From an uncultured bacterium (GTDB taxonomy: Bacteria; Patescibacteriota; Patescibacteriia; UBA9570; XYC2-FULL-38-9), in assembly GCA_937996685.1 (NCBI GenBank), contig CALKUP010000002.1:113066-177065 (forward strand): a stretch of 64,000 bases of DNA, in the 5' to 3' direction. A program made the position numbers and the translations under genes. Below the pieces are notes generated by a model, which saw nothing but the letters and a program-made list of their open reading frames with translations, did no database searches and had not been told where the DNA came from. Positions 59,700 through 64,000 of this stretch are shown one piece after another. Each line of letters begins with the position of its first letter. The stretch's first letter is position 1.

Positions 59700-60134
59700 A
59701 TGAAAGAATTACATCGTGTTCGCGGGATTGTGCGCCGTGGGAATCAACTTGGGAGAACGCTCGGATATCCGACGGCAAATATGATATTGCATCAAGATAT
59801 TCGTGATGGTGTGTATGTTAGTCTCACGTCTATTGATCGTTGTCCTGCCGCGCTGCAAAAAAAATATCGCTCGCAGATGGTTGAGTGGAATGGAAAGATG
59901 TGGCTTCGAAGCCTGACGTTTATTGGAGCAGCGGAAACATTTGGTGGAACAAAGCGTAAAATTGAAACTTTTATTTTAGACTTTAATGGAAATCTCTATA
60001 CACATTGGCTGACTGTTTCGTTGTTGTCATATGTGCGCGGTTCAAAAAAATTTAAGACTGTGGATGATTTGCTTGTTGCGATGAACAATGATACAACCAC
60101 GGCTCGGGCATACTTTGAAAAATTTGATTTATAA
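59700..60134 (+). CDS. Monofunctional riboflavin kinase (RibF C-terminal domain only)
   Basis: GRTLGYPTAN, GVY, ETFILDF..LY, R...KF. Confidence 0.88.
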   Translation: MKELHRVRGIVRRGNQLGRTLGYPTANMILHQDIRDGVYVSLTSIDRCPAALQKKYRSQMVEWNGKMWLRSLTFIGAAETFGGTKRKIETFILDFNGNLYTHWLTVSLLSYVRGSKKFKTVDDLLVAMNNDTTTARAYFEKFDL

Positions 60135-60139
60135 GACAT

Positions 60140-60730
60140 ATGTTTACTGGCATTATTACAGCAACACAAACAATTACAGCAATTCAAAAAAATGGTTCAA
60201 ATAGTATTTTTCGGATCCATAAACCACGTGAATGGAATTTAGAAATTGGAGAGAGTATTTCGATTGACGGAGTGTGCTCAACAGTGATCGCAGAAGATGT
60301 TGATACATTTGCTGTGGAGTATATGCCGGAGACATTGCGTATCACAACACTCGGCGATAAGCAGGCAGGACAATTTGTGAACACAGAGCGGAGCATGCAG
60401 CTTGGTGATTTGGTGTCTGGGTATCTTGTTTCCGGGCACGTCGAAGGTCAGGGTGTTATTCAATCAATTGCGCCTGATGGTGATTCATACCGCATTCAAA
60501 TTGCGTATCCTGCAACAGCAAAGCAATACTTTATTCACAAAGGCGGAGTGACAGTCGATGGGATTGCATTAACGGTTGTTGAGCCGACAGATGAGCATTT
60601 TACCGTTGCGATTATTCCGCACACCTGGGAAAACACGACAATCCAATATTGGAAAGTTGGCGATGCGGTGAATCTGGAATTTGATATGATCGCAAAATAC
60701 GTTGAGCGTATTATTGCGCTGCGTGATTAA
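60140..60730 (+). CDS. ribE: Riboflavin synthase
   Basis: MFTGII, GESI.IDGVC.TV, GHVEG, KG..TVDG..LTV, IPHT, VNLE.D. Confidence 0.93.
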   Translation: MFTGIITATQTITAIQKNGSNSIFRIHKPREWNLEIGESISIDGVCSTVIAEDVDTFAVEYMPETLRITTLGDKQAGQFVNTERSMQLGDLVSGYLVSGHVEGQGVIQSIAPDGDSYRIQIAYPATAKQYFIHKGGVTVDGIALTVVEPTDEHFTVAIIPHTWENTTIQYWKVGDAVNLEFDMIAKYVERIIALRD

Positions 60731-60742
60731 GCAGCCAAATGC

Positions 60743-62278
60743 TTACACGTTTTTTGGTCCGTGAATTGGAAGCGTAACAAAGAATGTTGTGCCTTTATTT
60801 TCTTCGCTTTCAAATCGAATGGTTCCGCCGTGGCGTTTCACAATTTGAGAAACCATAAATAACCCAAGTCCAGATCCGTCTGCTTGAACAGTTTGAATAT
60901 TCGACGCTCGGAAAAATTTTGAAAAAATCCGTTCTTGCTCTTCTTTTGGAATTCCGTATCCAGTATCAGAAACAGTCATCGTGACAGTGTCTGCATCATG
61001 AGAAAAGTGCACGCTTACTGTCCCGTCTTTTGGTGTATATTTAATTGCATTGTCGATTAAATTATGGACGACCAGTGAAATTTTTTCTGTATCCATATTT
61101 AATTGCGGCAATGGCTCTTTCGGTGTTTCGATATTCACCGTGACGCTATTTTTTTCTGCTGCTTGAAATAAGTCTTTTACCGCATCAGTAAACAATGGAA
61201 GGAGGTCGCTATTTTGAAAGTTGAATGCAAAGCCTTCGGTTTCAAGGCGAGTGACATCAAGCAGTCCGTTGATTAAGGTGATCATACGATCAACGTTTTC
61301 CATACTGAGTTGCAGTTGCTTGCGTGCTTCGTCGTCGATTTTCCCAAAGTCACCGTCAAGAGTCATTTGCACAACCCATTTAATGCCGCTCATTGGTGTG
61401 CGGAGTTGATGCGCTGCGATACTTAAGAATTCCGTTTTTTGTTTATCGAGTAATTTGGTTTTTTCTAATTCTTGTTGCAATGCTGCCTGCGCTTCTTGGA
61501 TGTGCGTTGTCATAGCATTGAAACTTTCTGACAACACGCCGATTTCGTCATTGCCTTCAACAGGAACGGTTTGTGAAAAATCACCTGAGCCAATCCGTTC
61601 TGCTGCGGTTGTGAGGCGTTCAATTGGTTTGGCGACAGACCGGCGAATAAATGAAAACAATAACAACATTGTGACGATTGCAAGCAAGATCGCCAAGATC
61701 ACCATAATGATCGTGCGTTGGAATTGGTCGATGGTTTGTTGTTGGACTGCTTTGCTATCGGCTTGAATTTTGGTTGAGATTTTTGTGTCTAAAAAGTCGA
61801 TGAAGATATCTCGATTATTGGAAACGGCTGTTAATTTTTCTTGCAACGTTTTTGTATCTGCGCCAGATTCGTATGCTGCAACGAGGTCGTTCAAGCTTTC
61901 TGTGGTGTTGTTGATGTACTCTTGAAATGAGCTGGTGAATTCAAAATCGTCAGATGTTTTTGAGAGTAAAAATAAATCAACTTGAGCGCGCAGCGCATCT
62001 TGGAGTTTTTCTTGATAGAGGAGCTTGCTGTCTTGGTTGCCAGTTTGGATGTAATCGTACGCAGCGGCAATGGAAATATTTAAACTATCTTTTAAGGTCC
62101 CGGTGCTGACAATCTTTGGAACAAATTGATTTGCAATCACGTCGGTCTTTGAACGAATGTCGTCCGTGGCGGTAATAGTGAGTACGCCGAGGTTGATCAT
62201 TAAGATAAGAATAACAATAAAGATCAATGAGATCTTGTATTGAATCTTGAGGTTTCGAATCAATGTAAGGATATTCAT
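60743..62278 (-). CDS. Sensor histidine kinase (2 TM, four-helix periplasmic sensor, HAMP, HisKA, HATPase)
   Basis: DEIG.L..SFN.M HAMP; AHQLRTP; NLIDNAIKY; DTGYGI; GSGLGL; start moved to ATG 62278. Confidence 0.92.
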   Translation of the reverse strand: MNILTLIRNLKIQYKISLIFIVILILMINLGVLTITATDDIRSKTDVIANQFVPKIVSTGTLKDSLNISIAAAYDYIQTGNQDSKLLYQEKLQDALRAQVDLFLLSKTSDDFEFTSSFQEYINNTTESLNDLVAAYESGADTKTLQEKLTAVSNNRDIFIDFLDTKISTKIQADSKAVQQQTIDQFQRTIIMVILAILLAIVTMLLLFSFIRRSVAKPIERLTTAAERIGSGDFSQTVPVEGNDEIGVLSESFNAMTTHIQEAQAALQQELEKTKLLDKQKTEFLSIAAHQLRTPMSGIKWVVQMTLDGDFGKIDDEARKQLQLSMENVDRMITLINGLLDVTRLETEGFAFNFQNSDLLPLFTDAVKDLFQAAEKNSVTVNIETPKEPLPQLNMDTEKISLVVHNLIDNAIKYTPKDGTVSVHFSHDADTVTMTVSDTGYGIPKEEQERIFSKFFRASNIQTVQADGSGLGLFMVSQIVKRHGGTIRFESEENKGTTFFVTLPIHGPKNV

Positions 62279-62285
62279 TGAATGA

Positions 62286-62307
62286 ATTGTATCATATATG
62301 ATATAAT
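62286..62307. promoter_or_regulatory. Back-to-back extended -10 boxes driving two leaderless genes
   Basis: Minus: TGA-TACAAT (62294-62286), 7 nt to ATG 62278. Plus: TGA-TATAAT (62299-62307), 6 nt to ATG 62314. Confidence 0.75.
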
Positions 62308-62313
62308 TGTTCC

Positions 62314-63054
62314 ATGAATCAAGGAGACCAAAATCAAACCCCAGCCGATTCTTTGGCGCAGCCGTTGCCAGGAATGGAATTTCCCGCATCAATGCCAGAA
62401 AATCAGGCAACTGCTCTGCAGCAACCGGTTCAACCGACGGCGATGCCAGTGCAACCACAAATGGCGATGCAAGAACCAGTGATGCAATCCGCAGCGCATG
62501 TTCCAGGAGAAGTTGCTCCGGCAAATGTGCCAGGACAAGAGCCTGCTGGTTTTGGCGCGTTCGGCTCTCTCCCAGAACAGCCTGTTGCGACGGGTCCGTT
62601 GCCGGGGGCGATACCAACTCAAGCAGCAAGCCCAGAGCTTATGCAATCTGCGGCATATCAAGGTTCTGCAACTCCGATGCTGATGACACCAGAGGATGAA
62701 GCTGATTTATTTGGACGTGAAAAATTAAGCGTTGGTTCAAAAATGCTGATTGTTGCAGCAATTGTTGCGGCGCTCGGGAGTGTTGTGGCAGTTGGTTTAT
62801 GGCTCTACTCGACATATTTTAAAGTGCCGAACACTGGCTCGACTCCGAACGGTGTTCCGGTGGTCAATAGCGTGAACAAAGGAGCGGCGTCGACTGCGAA
62901 TACAGATGTGGATGGAGATGGATTGACAGAGGCAGATGAAAAGAAGTACGGTAGTGATCCTAAAAAAGCAGACACAGACGGAGATGGATTTGCCGATGGT
63001 GTTGAAGTCAAAAATGGCTACAGCCCAACTGGTTCCGGCCGACTGGTTCAATAA
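62314..63054 (+). CDS. Single-pass membrane protein with TSP3-like repeats
   Basis: Pro/Gln-rich N-terminus, TM helix, DVDGDGL..DTDGDGFADGVEV..GYSP.G.G. Confidence 0.8.
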   Translation: MNQGDQNQTPADSLAQPLPGMEFPASMPENQATALQQPVQPTAMPVQPQMAMQEPVMQSAAHVPGEVAPANVPGQEPAGFGAFGSLPEQPVATGPLPGAIPTQAASPELMQSAAYQGSATPMLMTPEDEADLFGREKLSVGSKMLIVAAIVAALGSVVAVGLWLYSTYFKVPNTGSTPNGVPVVNSVNKGAASTANTDVDGDGLTEADEKKYGSDPKKADTDGDGFADGVEVKNGYSPTGSGRLVQ

Positions 63055-63065
63055 GCAGAGAAGTG

Positions 63066-64000
63066 ATGAAACAAACGGTGATTGTTGGAATGAGTGGAGG
63101 AGTGGACTCCACTGTTGCGGCATATCTGTTGCAACAGCAAGGATATGATGTTCGCGGTGTCTTCATGAAGAATTGGGAGGATCCGACAGAGTGGAGCGGG
63201 GAGACGGCGGCGTATCGAAAAAATCGGATCAACGATTGTCCGTGGGAAGTTGACTTGGCAGATGCTCGCGCCGCTGCAGAAAAACTGGGAATTCCATTTC
63301 AAGTGATGGTGTTTGTGAATGAGTATCGTGACTTGGTGTTCACGGAGTTTGTGAGTGAGCTGAAGGCTGGGCGCACACCGAATCCGGATATTTTGTGTAA
63401 CCAAGAAATTAAGTTTCGATTGTTTTTTGAACGCGCACTTGCACAAGAAGGAGTTGACTTTGTTGCGACCGGGCATTATGCGAAAATTGGCGCTTCCGCG
63501 GATGGGGAGTATCAGCTACAAAAGCCAGTTGATCGCGAAAAAGATCAGACCTATTTTTTGCATCGAATTGACTCTAGTGTTTTGCCGCGCGTGTTATTTC
63601 CATTGCAAGATTTAACAAAGAGTGAAGTGCGTAAAATTGCAGCAGAGCAAGGCTTTATTAACGCTGCGAAAAAAGATTCGACAGGGATTTGTTTTATTGG
63701 AGATATTGATTACAAAACATTTATTGATCAATATATTGAAAAGAAGCTGGGGAATATTGTGTTAGTGGAGGCGGATGGTGCACGTCATGTAATCGGCGAG
63801 CATCAAGGGTTGCATTTTTTCACGATCGGACAACGGCGTGGAATTGATATTGGCGGAACGGGCCCGTTTTATGTGTTTGAAAAAGATCTTGCGACTGGAG
63901 ATTTGTTGGTGACCAATGATGTTGATGATGTTCGGTTATTTGCGAAGGAGTGCGGTGTTGAAAAAATGCATTGGCTTGTGAGTGCTGAAGATCCACGTGT
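63066..64000 (+). CDS. mnmA: tRNA-specific 2-thiouridylase MnmA (3'-truncated by window)
   Basis: MKQTVIVGMSGGVDS, FMKNW, TPNPD..CN..IKF, ATGHYA, KDQTYFL, KKDSTGICF; absent from ORF track because it has no stop in the window. Confidence 0.96.
   Translation, partial: MKQTVIVGMSGGVDSTVAAYLLQQQGYDVRGVFMKNWEDPTEWSGETAAYRKNRINDCPWEVDLADARAAAEKLGIPFQVMVFVNEYRDLVFTEFVSELKAGRTPNPDILCNQEIKFRLFFERALAQEGVDFVATGHYAKIGASADGEYQLQKPVDREKDQTYFLHRIDSSVLPRVLFPLQDLTKSEVRKIAAEQGFINAAKKDSTGICFIGDIDYKTFIDQYIEKKLGNIVLVEADGARHVIGEHQGLHFFTIGQRRGIDIGGTGPFYVFEKDLATGDLLVTNDVDDVRLFAKECGVEKMHWLVSAEDPR

Noticed and set aside
62279-62629. 117-aa N-terminal extension of the minus-strand kinase
   Set aside because: Overlaps the plus-strand gene at 62314; the -10 box supports ATG 62278
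63048-63615. ORF-track calls near the window end
   Set aside because: Shadows of mnmA, which starts at 63066 and runs off the window

Overview
Gene-dense bacterial chromosome segment of about 66 CDS and 2 tRNAs, read with genetic code 11. It most likely comes from a Patescibacteria/CPR genome of the Parcubacteria/ABY1 type. That placement is inferred from gene style, bacterial TSP3-repeat membrane proteins, CPR-type pilins, a patchy metabolism and the presence of rplI. Cell division and envelope genes: ftsA, ftsZ, ftsE, ftsX, FtsB-like, murA, mraY, glmS, ctpA, PrsA-like. A type IV pilus locus is led by a histidine kinase and a stand-alone receiver, and includes a 1061-aa minor pilin with two LamG domains. 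There is an nrdR-cobO-nrdJ-GATase-S-component cluster that looks like a B12 scavenging module for dNTP synthesis. Also present are split comEC, NDH-2 with lower glycolysis, cydA with a half-size cydB-like partner, RNA and nucleotide housekeeping genes, tRNA-Thr(CGT) and tRNA-Gln(TTG). The most notable signals outside the annotation are: (i) pervasive leaderless architecture, with a -10 box 6-9 nt before the ATG, whereas two orphan genes have Shine-Dalgarno motifs; (ii) a 200-bp palindrome-rich unit that duplicates the tRNA-Gln 3' end; (iii) candidate structured leader RNAs; (iv) an unannotated 25-aa leaderless peptide; (v) prfB without its frameshift, together with near-absence of UGA stops. 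No CRISPR, rRNA, transposase or integrase was seen. All calls come from motif recognition by eye; no database searches were run.
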